NCBI GenBank assembly: GCA_036918135.1
Contig: JBALDB010000007.1
Span: 32,001 to 96,000 of the forward strand
Source of the DNA: Nostoc sp.
Lineage (GTDB): Bacteria > Cyanobacteriota > Cyanobacteriia > Cyanobacteriales > Nostocaceae
DNA length: 64,000 nt
Direction: 5' to 3'
Numbering within the stretch: the stretch's first letter is position 1; each line of letters begins with the position of its first letter. The notes under the pieces were generated by a model that worked only from the letters and a program-made list of their open reading frames with translations, was not told where the DNA came from and made no database searches. Below are positions 19,586 to 30,010 of this stretch, one piece after another. A program made the position numbers and the translations under genes.

Positions 19586-20290
19586 ATGAGCGGTTTAGTC
19601 ACTGCAATTACCACAGGAATTACGGCATTCAGTGCCACAAATATCGACGATATTGTGATTTTGACCTTGCTTTTTTCACAAGTAAATAAAACGTTCCGCA
19701 GTCGTCACATTATTGGTGGTCAGTATCTCGGTTTTGCAGCACTAGTTGTTGCTAGCCTTCCGGGTTTTTTGGGTGGACTAATTATACCGCAGTCGTGGAT
19801 TAAACTACTTGGTATAATGCCAATAATTATTGGTATAAGTAGTTTATTAAAACGGGAAGAGGATTCACCACAAGAGGTTTCAGAAGAAACTGAGCGTTCT
19901 TATCCCTCGCGAATTACCAGTTTTCTATCTCCGCAAACATGTAATGTAGCGGCGATCGCCTTTGCTAATGGTAGTGATAATATCAGTATTTATGTACCTT
20001 TATTTGCCAACTCTGAGTTAGAAAGTCTGCTGGTGATTTTGGGCGTATTCTTTTCCTTAGTGGGTGTCTGGTGTTATGCCGCTTATCAGTTAACTTACTT
20101 ACCTGCGATCGCTCAATTTTTAACTGATAATGGCAATACTTTTGTACCTTGTGTATTGATTGGCTTGGGTGTGTTTATTGTCTCGGAAAATGTCGCTTGG
20201 ACTCTTTTATCTGTAGTTTCTAGTTATTTATTTTCATTAATTTTGAGCAGGGGTCAGAATTCAGAAGTCAGAATTCAGGAGTTAGAATAG
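19586..20290 (+). CDS. cadD: Cadmium resistance transporter (CadD family)
   Basis: FSATNIDD, GQYLGF, ANGSDNISIYVPLF motifs. Confidence 0.85.
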   Translation: MSGLVTAITTGITAFSATNIDDIVILTLLFSQVNKTFRSRHIIGGQYLGFAALVVASLPGFLGGLIIPQSWIKLLGIMPIIIGISSLLKREEDSPQEVSEETERSYPSRITSFLSPQTCNVAAIAFANGSDNISIYVPLFANSELESLLVILGVFFSLVGVWCYAAYQLTYLPAIAQFLTDNGNTFVPCVLIGLGVFIVSENVAWTLLSVVSSYLFSLILSRGQNSEVRIQELE

Positions 20291-20436
20291 TTAAATACTT
20301 ACAGCGGATTTCAAGGAAAGTGAATTACCTCAAATAAATTGAAAAGCTCGGTGTTAAGCCTATTTGACTCAAAAATTATAAAATTTTTTGAAAAAACTTT
20401 TGGTCAAAAAAATTACTTATCAACAGGAATTAAATC

Positions 20437-21087
20437 ATGAATATCTGGAAATCGCTGCTAATTGTTTTGATGATTTTTGTTAATCTAGCCTTTGCTCAAC
20501 CTTCTTTTGCTGATAAACCAAAATTTAGTAAAAACCCTGATTACATCGAAGTTACCAAAGCACTTAAGCAACTTACTCAGGCAAAACAAGCTAAAACTGA
20601 ACTTACAGGTGTCACACCAGAAGAAATTCAACAGAAAATCGATGAGTTAGCATTTCAAAAATATGCTTTAGAGACGGGAATTAACTGGGGTCAGTGCGAG
20701 AACCAAACAGGTAATACAATTGCAGTATATGGCAAAAGAGCAAATGAGGAAGAGGATGACGATGCTGAATACGAGAATGGTTTATATTTTCTAGCTGATG
20801 GTCAGTCAACTAAAAATAACTGGGATTGTGATGGATTATATCTGCCAAATGATGCTAAACTTGCAGCCCTAGATGGACAAATTCAAGAATGGAAAGAACC
20901 AGTAGCCATCAAAATACCTGATGGCAGTAAATTAACAATTAAAACTAATCCTGATAACGCAGCAATAAAAATCAACATTCCTAATGTTCAAATTGTTAAA
21001 GCTAATGAAGTGAACTGGTTTATCCCAAATGTATCGCAGGCTGTAATAGATACACGAGTTCCGAATGCGCCTACTGAAAAGTCTTAA
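20437..21087 (+). CDS. Hypothetical exported protein
   Basis: Signal peptide (..LAFAQPSFA); intact ORF with RBS. Confidence 0.75.
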   Translation: MNIWKSLLIVLMIFVNLAFAQPSFADKPKFSKNPDYIEVTKALKQLTQAKQAKTELTGVTPEEIQQKIDELAFQKYALETGINWGQCENQTGNTIAVYGKRANEEEDDDAEYENGLYFLADGQSTKNNWDCDGLYLPNDAKLAALDGQIQEWKEPVAIKIPDGSKLTIKTNPDNAAIKINIPNVQIVKANEVNWFIPNVSQAVIDTRVPNAPTEKS

Positions 21088-21467
21088 CTCAGTCAACATT
21101 AAACACTAGTTACTGAAATCTGTTTCTTAAGAATTGTTCTCAAATTTAACAGGGTAACAGCCAAAATCAGAGAGAAAACAGTACAAGCACTGGTAAAAAT
21201 CTCTCTAATGTTGGCTGTTTTATTTAAGTAATTACTGCTTACCGTTGGCTAAAACCCTGATTTTGATGTTGCGCTCGCTCTCAACCTCCGGAAGTTGAGA
21301 ACGACCCAAAATTTTAATTAAAATAAAGTTAGCAAAAAAATGTACAATCACAATAAATATATTTCAGCATCACAATTAACGTGTTCGATGCAAGTTTTCT
21401 GGAAGGAGATTTGCTATTACTTCGGCGTTTTTGGAAAGGAGCCTCTTTGGGGATAAAGGAATTCTTA

Positions 21468-21896
21468 ATGCAGTTAAAATCGAAACCCACAGAAGAAGAC
21501 AAAGGTCAAAAGAAAGCAGGACGACTCAATCCATCTCGTATCCGAGACCATCTGGCAAATGAGCGTACATACCTGGCTTGGATGCGTACAGGGATTGCTC
21601 TTTTGGGTTTTGGTGTGGTCATCGTGCGTCTGCGTGCTTTCCAAACACCTTTGGTACCCCGTCCTGGTAACGGTTGGAAGTTAGGTTTAGTCTTCTCGCT
21701 AGTGGGTTTGATTACAGTGTGGCTGTCAACCGGACATTATTTTGCTGTCCGTCGTGATATTGAAGAAGATACTTACGAACCAACAGACCGCTGGGTGCTG
21801 CTGTTTACATTGGCTGTGATGATTCTCGGCGCTGGAGTTATCTATTTTGTTTTTACAACTTCTTTAGATCCGACGAGTCCAGTTATTCCTGAGTAA
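21468..21896 (+). CDS. YidH / DUF202 membrane protein
   Basis: RDHLANERTYLAWMRT signature; ATG at 21468 after AAGGA. Confidence 0.9.
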   Translation: MQLKSKPTEEDKGQKKAGRLNPSRIRDHLANERTYLAWMRTGIALLGFGVVIVRLRAFQTPLVPRPGNGWKLGLVFSLVGLITVWLSTGHYFAVRRDIEEDTYEPTDRWVLLFTLAVMILGAGVIYFVFTTSLDPTSPVIPE

Positions 21897-21920
21897 TGGT
21901 CTTTTTAACTGTTGGTTAGT

Positions 21921-22643
21921 TTAAAAGCGCACTTTGTACAACTCAAATAATTCACCTGATTTCTGGCTTATTAGTTTACCACCAGCAGCTTTAATCGTTT
22001 TTTCCCATTGAGCTAGAGGTTCTAAAAATACCTCAGCACCGAGATAAGTTTCTAGAACTGCCCAATCTTCTGCTAAAGGCTGTTCTGGATTAAGAACATC
22101 AAACACAAAATGTCCACCTGGTTTTAAGACTCGTTTGACTTGTGTGAGGACAGTATTCCAGTATTCGATTGGAAAATAGCAGCTAAATCCTGTGGCGATC
22201 GCCAAGTCAAATTGGGCTGATGAATAGTTTAAATCGTGAGCGGCTCCCAATTCAACACCTTTGAATAGCTTGGAATTCAACTGCGGCCCGCGAGAATTGA
22301 GAATATCCCGCGCCACATTACTGATTTCTTGTCCATAAAAAAATGCTTGCCAATCTCGCCAAGGATAAATTAACAAACTGACGCCGCAGCCAATATCTAA
22401 ACAATGTTGGTTCTTTTGAGGTTTGGCTACTTCCCAAAAAGGAGAAGCAATTCTCCCAGAAAAATTGCCGCCAGCCCACTCCCGAAAAATGGGCATTGCT
22501 TGAACTTCAGCTGGAAGTTCAACAGGTTGACCAAGATATTCTCGGTTAAAGCGGTAGGCTACTTGTGTTAATGTTTCTTGCCAGTTGCTTGATTTATGGG
22601 TGGCAAAGAGATTTTGTAATTGCGAATCCGGCTTTTTAGACAT
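21921..22643 (-). CDS. Class I SAM-dependent methyltransferase
   Basis: CLDIGCG, FDL, RVLKPGG motifs; start uncertain (22643 or 22679). Confidence 0.85.
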   Translation of the reverse strand: MSKKPDSQLQNLFATHKSSNWQETLTQVAYRFNREYLGQPVELPAEVQAMPIFREWAGGNFSGRIASPFWEVAKPQKNQHCLDIGCGVSLLIYPWRDWQAFFYGQEISNVARDILNSRGPQLNSKLFKGVELGAAHDLNYSSAQFDLAIATGFSCYFPIEYWNTVLTQVKRVLKPGGHFVFDVLNPEQPLAEDWAVLETYLGAEVFLEPLAQWEKTIKAAGGKLISQKSGELFELYKVRF

Positions 22644-22662
22644 GAGATTTTTGCTAGTCTTT

Positions 22663-22875
22663 CTAAGGATTGTATTCAAATTCGCTTTGGGTTCGCACCC
22701 CTATCCAATCACCTGCGGGAGTTAGTCTGACTTCGTAGCTGTAGCCAATATCCCAAAAACTGATACTGTAATAAGTGCAATGCTGCAAACATTGGTTCAT
22801 GAACTGGGTGAGTTTGCGATTATTGTAGCCATTATCAGCATACTCAATTGTTCGTTTCTCCAAAAAACCATCTTC
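22663..22875 (-). pseudogene. C-terminal fragment of a hypothetical protein
   Basis: Coding-like segment ...FWDIGYSYEVRLTPAGDWIGVR...FEYNP* without a convincing start; upstream sequence is unrelated. Confidence 0.5.
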
Positions 22876-22965
22876 GCTGCTTGTAGTGCCACTTCAATTG
22901 CTGCGGTTTTAGTTTTGGCTAATGCACCGATAGTTTATCGCTAGTTTGATAAATTTGCAATATAT

Positions 22966-23134
22966 TATCGTAACGATGGTTGTAGCAAAGTAGATTCAAA
23001 TAGTTGCAATAGAATACCGAGAATCTTATTAACATCATTGATGTAGTATTCAACTATATCAATGTATGCTGTTAGTCTTTCTAATATTAAAAATCGCCAG
23101 TTGCTTCCACTAATGACAACTCCATAGATTGCCT
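22966..23134 (-). pseudogene. C-terminal fragment of a cyanobacterial IYGxVTxGxxWxF-type hypothetical protein
   Basis: AIYGVVISGSNWRFLILERLTAYIDIVEYYINDVNKILGIL...*; no N-terminus. Confidence 0.55.
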
Positions 23135-23389
23135 TAAAACGGCAAAAGCATACGTGCGGATACTGTAGCCTAAAAACACTCAGTGAGGAAAAGGTACATT
23201 TGCATCATATTGATAGAGACCACCATAACTGGAAGGCAAAAAATCTTCTAGTAGTTCATCAAAGCTGGCACAATTACATCCACATGAGTAAAGACAAAAG
23301 CTAAGAATATCGGAAGTTATATATAGCTAAAGTTATACGTACGAATCTAACATAGAGGTGTAGGACATGATAGTTCCCATAGACTCTAC
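23131..23389 (+). mobile_element. 3' remnant of a group II intron (HNH end of the intron-encoded protein plus degenerate domains V-VI)
   Basis: ALKRQKHTCGYCSL...VHLHHIDRDHHNW...HNYIHMSK* followed by a decayed DV/DVI-like stretch ending GACTCTAC. Confidence 0.7.
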
Positions 23390-23675
23390 TGACTTTGGCC
23401 GTTATTGGTTTCGGGTAAGCGATCGCCTAAAAAAGCGTAACCATTCACTAATTCTGGCAAGGAATGCAGCAACTTATTTAAAATAGCAAATGTTGACTCA
23501 GTAAAAAGACCGAGTTGAGTAAGATACTGCCCCAAAATCCACACAGGAAACTATAAATACTAGAGCTTGAATTTTCTACTCTTGGAGAAAAAATTCCTGG
23601 AATTTTTTTGAGAAACCGATCGCTCGTTTGAATCAGCAAAACCACAGTAACTAATCTAATTTAGAGGATTTTGAT

Positions 23676-26369
23676 ATGTCTAGACTTACTGTTCCACCTA
23701 ATTTTATTGGTACCCACTGTAGCGATACTTTAATCGGACAAGAGTTAAATGTATCTCTAGCAATTGGTATTGATATTTTAACTGGAGGTTACATTCGTAC
23801 ACTGTCAGGAAAAGACACTATCTCTGGCACTGGTATTGGTATTGTCGGTAGCAACGCCGACGGCAGCAACGGCGGTACTGGCACTGGTATCAGCAACAGT
23901 GGCGAACTGAGTACAGGGAACCAAGAAGACAGTATCTCTGGCACTGGTATTGGCGGCAACGGCGCCGACGGTTTGGGCAACGACAACAACGCCAGCAACG
24001 GTGGTAATGGCACTGGCATTACTAACAGTGGCAAACTAAATACAGGGCAGGGGAAAGACAGTATCTCTGGCACTGGTACTGGCGGCAACGGCGGTGACGG
24101 CTACGACGGTTTTAGCAACGGTGGCGACGGCGGCAACGGCGGCAACGGTGGTATTGGCACTGGCATTGCTAACAGTGGCAAACTAAATACAGGGGACGGA
24201 AACGATGCGATCGCTGGCACTGGTACTGGCGGCAACGGCGGCACTAGCTACAAGGACAATGGCTTAGAAGAATACAAAATTAGTGAAGCTGGTACTGGAA
24301 CAGGCATCGCCAATAACAATGGCAGTATTAATACAGGGGACGGAAACGACACCATTACTGGCACTGGTACTGGCGGCAAGGGTGGCAGCGCCTACAATGG
24401 CTTTGGTGGCTTCAACGGTGGTGAAGGTGGTACTGGAACAGGCATCGCCAACAACAGTGGCAGTATTAATACAGGGGACGGAAACGACACCATCACTGGC
24501 ACTGGTACTGGCGGCAAGGGTGGCGACGGTAACGGTGATGGCTCCTACCGTGGCACTGGTGGTACTGGCACTGGCATCGCCAATAACACTGGCTATATTA
24601 ATACAGGGGACGGAAACGATGCGATCGTCGGCACTGGTAATGGCGGTGAAGGTGGCAGCGGAGGCACGGGCGAATACGGCTTCTTCGCCAAAGGTGGCAG
24701 TGGTGGTATCGGTATTGGCATCGATAACAATGGCAGTATTTATACAGGGAACGGACAAGACACGATTATCGGCACTGGTAATGGCGGCAGTGGTACTGAC
24801 GACGACTATGTCCGCCGCGGCGGTAGCGGCGGTGATGGGACGGGTATCAGCAACAGTGGTGAACTGTATACCGGAGATGGAGAAGATACGATCGCTGGCA
24901 CTGGGAATGGAGGTAAGAACGCCAGCTTGACCGAGTACAGTGGCTACGGCGGTGATGGAATCGGCATTGCTAACAGTGGCAGTATTAATACAGGAGACGG
25001 AAAAGACACGATCGACGGCATCGGTACTGGCAGTAACACCATTAACGGCTACGCCTCTTTTTCCGTCGCTATTGGAATCGGCATTGTTAACAGTGGCAGT
25101 CTGAATGCAGGGGATGGAAACGATACGATCGACGGCACAGGCACTGGCGGCGATGGCGACCGCGAAGGCGGTACTGGCACTGGCATTGTTAACAGTGGCA
25201 GTCTGAATGCAGGGGATGGAAACGATACGCTCGTCGGCACAGGCAATGGCGGCGACGGTGGCGGAAGTGACAACGGCGAAGGTGGCGACTCGGATGGTAA
25301 AGGCGGTACTGGCACTGGCATCGCTAATAACGGTGGTAGCCTGAATACAGGGGACGGAAACGACACGATCGACGGCACAGGCAACGGCGGCAACGGCGGC
25401 ATATTCTTTTACTCTTACGATGGCACCTACACTGGCGGTACTGGCATTGGCATTGCTAACAGTAGCAGCCTGAATACAGGAGACGGAAATGACACGCTCA
25501 ACGGCACAGGCAACGGCGGCAACGGCGGCGACAGGGACAACGACGACGCCGCAGACGACCTCGACGCCAAAGGCGGTACTGGCACTGGCATCACTAACAG
25601 TAGCAGCCTGAATACAGGGGACGGAAACGACACGCTAAACGGTACAGGCAAAGGTGGCAACGGCGGCGACACCAGCAACGGCAACGATGGCGGTATTGGA
25701 ATCGGTATTGCTAACAGTAGCAACCTGAATGCAGGGGAGGGAGACGATACGATCGACGGCACAGGCAATGGCGGCAATGGCAGCAATGGCGGCAATGGCG
25801 GTGCTGGAATCGGCATCCAGAACACTAAAGATGCTATCATCACTACAGGGTCAGGCGAAGACACTATTATCGGTTATGGGAATAGCTCAGGAACAAACGC
25901 CACAGCTTATGGTATTTTCAATGATGGAGTCATTAATACCGACAATGGTTCTGACAAACTTACCGGACAGGCATCTTCAACGATTGGTGGTACTGTCTAT
26001 GGCATTTATGGACAAGGAACCATCAAAACTGGCAATGGCAATGACGAAATTACCGCCATCAGTATCATAGATGGAGTTACACAGAAAGTCTCTATCGGTG
26101 GCGGGTTAACCATTGCTTTAGGCGCTGGGGATGATTACTTAAAAGGATTCGGCCAAGCAACTGTTGATGGCGGAGACGGTTTTGATACCCTGGATCTGAG
26201 CGCTTTCAATCGCTCACAAATCACTGTATCTGGTATTACTTCTGACAATACTCTTAATTCTGCTTCTTTGAGTTTCAACAGCAATGGAAACACCATTAGC
26301 TTGTCTACGACCGGCTTTGAGAAATTTATTTTTGCAGATGGCTCTTTCTCCTACAGCACTTTAACCTGA
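23676..26369 (+). CDS. Gly/Asn/Thr-rich repeat protein, RTX/hemolysin-type Ca-binding-like
   Basis: About 20 xTGDGNDTIxG units; C-terminal VDGGDGFDTL and GFEKFIFAD typical of T1SS substrates. Confidence 0.8.
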   Translation: MSRLTVPPNFIGTHCSDTLIGQELNVSLAIGIDILTGGYIRTLSGKDTISGTGIGIVGSNADGSNGGTGTGISNSGELSTGNQEDSISGTGIGGNGADGLGNDNNASNGGNGTGITNSGKLNTGQGKDSISGTGTGGNGGDGYDGFSNGGDGGNGGNGGIGTGIANSGKLNTGDGNDAIAGTGTGGNGGTSYKDNGLEEYKISEAGTGTGIANNNGSINTGDGNDTITGTGTGGKGGSAYNGFGGFNGGEGGTGTGIANNSGSINTGDGNDTITGTGTGGKGGDGNGDGSYRGTGGTGTGIANNTGYINTGDGNDAIVGTGNGGEGGSGGTGEYGFFAKGGSGGIGIGIDNNGSIYTGNGQDTIIGTGNGGSGTDDDYVRRGGSGGDGTGISNSGELYTGDGEDTIAGTGNGGKNASLTEYSGYGGDGIGIANSGSINTGDGKDTIDGIGTGSNTINGYASFSVAIGIGIVNSGSLNAGDGNDTIDGTGTGGDGDREGGTGTGIVNSGSLNAGDGNDTLVGTGNGGDGGGSDNGEGGDSDGKGGTGTGIANNGGSLNTGDGNDTIDGTGNGGNGGIFFYSYDGTYTGGTGIGIANSSSLNTGDGNDTLNGTGNGGNGGDRDNDDAADDLDAKGGTGTGITNSSSLNTGDGNDTLNGTGKGGNGGDTSNGNDGGIGIGIANSSNLNAGEGDDTIDGTGNGGNGSNGGNGGAGIGIQNTKDAIITTGSGEDTIIGYGNSSGTNATAYGIFNDGVINTDNGSDKLTGQASSTIGGTVYGIYGQGTIKTGNGNDEITAISIIDGVTQKVSIGGGLTIALGAGDDYLKGFGQATVDGGDGFDTLDLSAFNRSQITVSGITSDNTLNSASLSFNSNGNTISLSTTGFEKFIFADGSFSYSTLT

Positions 26370-26426
26370 AACTAGGATTACCACAATCCAAGTATCAAAG
26401 AAGAGCTATTGCTGAATTCAAGAATG

Positions 26427-26469
26427 AATCCTTGTAGAAATGTAGCAGTGCTACGTCTCTACAAGGATT
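26427..26469. repeat. REP-like palindrome (TGTAGA...TCTACA family)
   Basis: AATCCTTGTAGAAATGTAGCA-G-TGCTACGTCTCTACAAGGATT. Confidence 0.7.
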
Positions 26470-26480
26470 TTGGTATTATG

Positions 26481-26562
26481 AGGACTTACGCAAAAATTCT
26501 GAATTTATCGAACTTCTAAGACCTTAAGAACGCCAACCATTCGTAGAATGTGCGTAAGCCCT
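26481..26562. repeat. AGGACTTACGCA...TGCGTAAGCCCT inverted-repeat element
   Basis: 12-bp terminal inverted repeats matching the 16515-16642 element. Confidence 0.65.
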
Positions 26563-26605
26563 AAACTACAAATTGCTGTAGCTTTTTTCAACCAGACTTA
26601 GTACA

Positions 26606-27322
26606 TTAGGCTAAATCAAAAAGTAAGATTTCGCCGCCGATATTGGTGCTAATTTCTAGCTGTTCTTCGCCGTTGATTTGCACGCCATCGCCTGCTCTAA
26701 GTTCTTCACCATTCAAGTTGACTATACCTTGGGCTACTTGTAACCAAGCATAACGACCAGGTTTGACTTGATAATTAACAACATCACCATCCTCTAAAAC
26801 AGATGTATATAACTCAACATCTTGGTGAATTGTCACAGCACCATCACGCCCATCTTTAGCAGCAATCAAGCGGAGTTTGCCGCGCTTTTCTTCTAGAGGA
26901 AAAGTTTTTTGTTCATATCTTGGTGTCAATCCTTGTCGATCGGGAAGAATCCAGATTTGTAGCAAGTGTAGTGGTTCAGTTGGCGAAGGATTAAATTCGC
27001 TGTGGCTGATTCCAGTACCAGCACTCATAATCTGTACATCACCGGGATGAATTATCGAGCCAGTACCCAAGCTGTCTTTATGCTCTACTGCACCTTCTAA
27101 GACGTATGTGAGGATTTCCATGTCACGATGACCGTGCATAGGAAATCCAGCACCAGGGGCCCCGCGATCGTCGTTGATTACCCGTAGAGAGCGAAATCCC
27201 ATACGGTTAGGATCGTAAAAACTTCCGAAGGAAAATGTGTGATAACTATCGAGCCAGCCTGTTTGAACGTGACCACGGGCGTTTCTATCATGGATTAGGT
27301 GGGTGATTGTATTTTGAGACAT
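26606..27322 (-). CDS. Pirin family protein
   Basis: [40 protein letters not shown] at 27322 after GAGG. Confidence 0.92.
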   Translation of the reverse strand: MSQNTITHLIHDRNARGHVQTGWLDSYHTFSFGSFYDPNRMGFRSLRVINDDRGAPGAGFPMHGHRDMEILTYVLEGAVEHKDSLGTGSIIHPGDVQIMSAGTGISHSEFNPSPTEPLHLLQIWILPDRQGLTPRYEQKTFPLEEKRGKLRLIAAKDGRDGAVTIHQDVELYTSVLEDGDVVNYQVKPGRYAWLQVAQGIVNLNGEELRAGDGVQINGEEQLEISTNIGGEILLFDLA

Positions 27323-27704
27323 AAATTTACCTCGCTGTTTATTAGTTTTAAGTGTCAAAAACTTAAATATTTAATTACTACTAATCACGTAGTTTGTCTT
27401 CTGACTTTTAGCAAGTATGACAAATTCCTATCTTTTCTAGGAGAGACTTTGCCAAACTAGTGGAGTGTAGCTGATTACAAATTCCTAATTACTTTTGAAC
27501 TATTTAAATAATAAAACATACATATAGAAAATGAAAAGTACGCACTTAAAAGTAAGATACTTACCAAAAAGATACTGTTAAATTTTATTTAAATTGTTGA
27601 CTGGAAGCAGTAGGATATTTTTTATAAAGGAAGTCCCTTATGCATATCTTTTAATATTTAGTTTGTCACAACAAATTATGAGCAAAGTGCTTAAAGTACC
27701 TGAT

Positions 27705-27741
27705 AAAAAAGGGTGCGTTAGACTAAAATCTAACGCACCCT
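27705..27741 (-). terminator. Rho-independent terminator downstream of dps
   Basis: AGGGTGCGTTAGA/TCTAACGCACCCT stem followed by a T-run on the minus strand. Confidence 0.75.
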
Positions 27742-27774
27742 AGTACTACTAAATCCAGTATTTTTCAGAAGTGT

Positions 27775-28347
27775 TTATTTAACACCAGCAGGTATTCTTT
27801 GAGTTGGAGTAGTATTAGCTTTGCCATTCTCCGCCTTAATTTCTGCTACTTGCAAATGAGCTTCTAAGAACCAGAGTCGTTTGTCAATGGTGCGGGAAAT
27901 TTCGGTGTAAAGGTCAGCAGTATCGAGGTCTCCTAATTCATCTGTTTTATCGATCGCTTGCCGCACATGTTTAGCATAGAGTGCATAACGATCTGACAAG
28001 GCTGTTACATGATCTTTACCATCCAAAATATCTAAAGGATATTCTGGCAAAATTGAATTACTAGCTGCGGCGCGGGCTGTTCCATAAGCGTATCCACCTA
28101 AAGCTGTAACGCGTTCAGCTAACATATCGATGTATCCTTCTAATTCTCCAGCAAGTTCATCAAATAATAGGTGTAGCTGGTAGAAGTCAGTTCCTTTAAC
28201 GTTCCAGTGCGCTTGCTTTGCTTGGGTTTTCAGATCCGAAGTAGCTGCCACGCTTTGGTTAAGAAGTACCACAATTTGCACTCGCGCTTCGGCAGGAATG
28301 TCAATGCGGGTTGGGTACAGACGTGATGTAATAGTGTTGTCGCTCAT
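27775..28347 (-). CDS. dps: DNA starvation/stationary phase protection protein Dps
   Basis: KQAHWNVKG, FYQLHLLFDE, DMLAER, DKRLWFLEAH. Confidence 0.93.
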   Translation of the reverse strand: MSDNTITSRLYPTRIDIPAEARVQIVVLLNQSVAATSDLKTQAKQAHWNVKGTDFYQLHLLFDELAGELEGYIDMLAERVTALGGYAYGTARAAASNSILPEYPLDILDGKDHVTALSDRYALYAKHVRQAIDKTDELGDLDTADLYTEISRTIDKRLWFLEAHLQVAEIKAENGKANTTPTQRIPAGVK

Positions 28348-28463
28348 GGATCTTACGTTAATGCCTTTTATATCCAACTTTACAGAAAATGCCTGGCTGT
28401 GCGAAACTCTCTGACGATAGATTGAATTAATGCCTGAATGTGTTAAGATTTATAAATAAGATG

Positions 28464-29510
28464 TTAACTACGATGATTTTCTATGGTATCGAATGTACCA
28501 CCGAAAAGGCGTTCGTGAATAACATCGCTGTGCAAAAAGTCATGGGGGAAACCCAGTTCAATTTGACTCACTTCATCTAACCGTTGCAAATGTTCTGGCG
28601 AGAGTCGCAGATCTAAAGAAGCTAAGTTATCTTGAAATTGCGTTAATTTACGCGCCCCAACAATTGGAATAATCACCCCGCTTTGAGCGCTTAACCAAGC
28701 TAATGCTACTTGTGATGGTGTGTGACCAATTTCTGCTGCAACTTGGCTGACAACTTCAGCGATCGCTAAATTTTTCTCGGAAATCTCTCCTCCCAAAGTC
28801 TTGAGTCGCCCTTCGCCGCCTTCTTGAGAAGACTTATTATACTTACCTGTCAGCACACCACCACCCAAGGGTGACCACGGTGTTACTGCTAAATCGAAGG
28901 CTTTAGCCATCGGGATTAAATCGCGTTCTGGTGTTCGCTGAATCAGACTATACTCAATTTGCAGGGCGACAAACTGCGTCCATCCTTGGTATTGAGCGAT
29001 AGTATTTGCTTGGGAAACGATCCAAGCAGGGGCATCAGAAATACCGATGTAAAGTACTTTTCCTTGACGGACGACATCATCAAGCGATCGCAACACTTCC
29101 TCAATAGGTGTGGTAAAGTCCCAAGCGTGCAGCCAGAATAAGTCAATATATTCAGTATTCAACCGCTTCAGGCTACCTTCTAGAGACTGGATTAAATTCT
29201 TGCGATGATTTCCACTACCATTGGGGTTACCGTTTTTGTCAGTCATCCGCAAGGGAAAGGAATATTTCGTAGCAACTACAAAGCGTTCCCGGTCTTCGGC
29301 GATTAATTCACCGACAATTTTTTCACTGCTACCATCGGTATAACCATTGGCGGTGTCAATAAAATTGCCTCCTGCTTCCACAAAAGCATCGAAGACTTTA
29401 CCGCTTTCGTCTTTGGAAGCACCCCAACCCCAATCTTCACCGAAGGTCATGGTTCCTAAGCAGAGTTCAGAGACTCTTAACCCGCTTTTGCCCAAGAGTT
29501 TGTATTTCAT
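28464..29510 (-). CDS. Aldo/keto reductase
   Basis: LGTMTFG, FIDTANGY, ATKY, SLKRLNTEYIDL motifs. Confidence 0.93.
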   Translation of the reverse strand: MKYKLLGKSGLRVSELCLGTMTFGEDWGWGASKDESGKVFDAFVEAGGNFIDTANGYTDGSSEKIVGELIAEDRERFVVATKYSFPLRMTDKNGNPNGSGNHRKNLIQSLEGSLKRLNTEYIDLFWLHAWDFTTPIEEVLRSLDDVVRQGKVLYIGISDAPAWIVSQANTIAQYQGWTQFVALQIEYSLIQRTPERDLIPMAKAFDLAVTPWSPLGGGVLTGKYNKSSQEGGEGRLKTLGGEISEKNLAIAEVVSQVAAEIGHTPSQVALAWLSAQSGVIIPIVGARKLTQFQDNLASLDLRLSPEHLQRLDEVSQIELGFPHDFLHSDVIHERLFGGTFDTIENHRS

Positions 29511-29680
29511 GAATATTTTCTCTTTAATGAAAAAACTATGCCGATACTATCCCAAAGGCATGATAACTAGAAATCAGCGGTGATGTCTGACTTAATGCAT
29601 TAACCTACAAAAATTTATATCAGGTTCGGTTAAAGTTTGCTACTTACCTATTGTCTTCCGATATAAGAAAGTTCAAAAAT

Positions 29681-30010
29681 CTAATTTTCTTCAAATCTCA
29701 GTTTTGAACTTCTGATGTAGTCTTCTTCAATCTCAAAAGCTAACCATCTTCTTTCTAGAGTTTCTGCAACTCGACCTGTCATATTAGAACCAGCAAAGGG
29801 TTCCAAAACAATATCACCTGGTTCTGTACAAAGATTGATCGCAAACTCTGGTAAAGCTTGTGGGAATCTTGCCGGATGTGGCTTCAAACCTTGTTCTTTG
29901 CAACGCCTTTGGTAATAATCATTTGAAGCAGTATTCGAGGCAGAAATTACATTTACAGGCTGGAGTAAATCTTCAGAAAAAGTTTCTTCTACAATAGTGT
30001 ATTGCCCTAT
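29681..30010 (-). pseudogene. C-terminal fragment of an N4/N6 DNA methyltransferase (M.PvuII-like)
   Basis: HPARFPQALPEF and GDIVLEPFAGSNMTG (motif I) present; catalytic SPP(Y/F) N-terminal half absent. Confidence 0.7.

Noticed and set aside
23789..26070. Pro-rich and other shadow ORFs over the Gly-rich gene
   Set aside because: Antisense or frameshifted readings of GGC/GGT-rich repeats.
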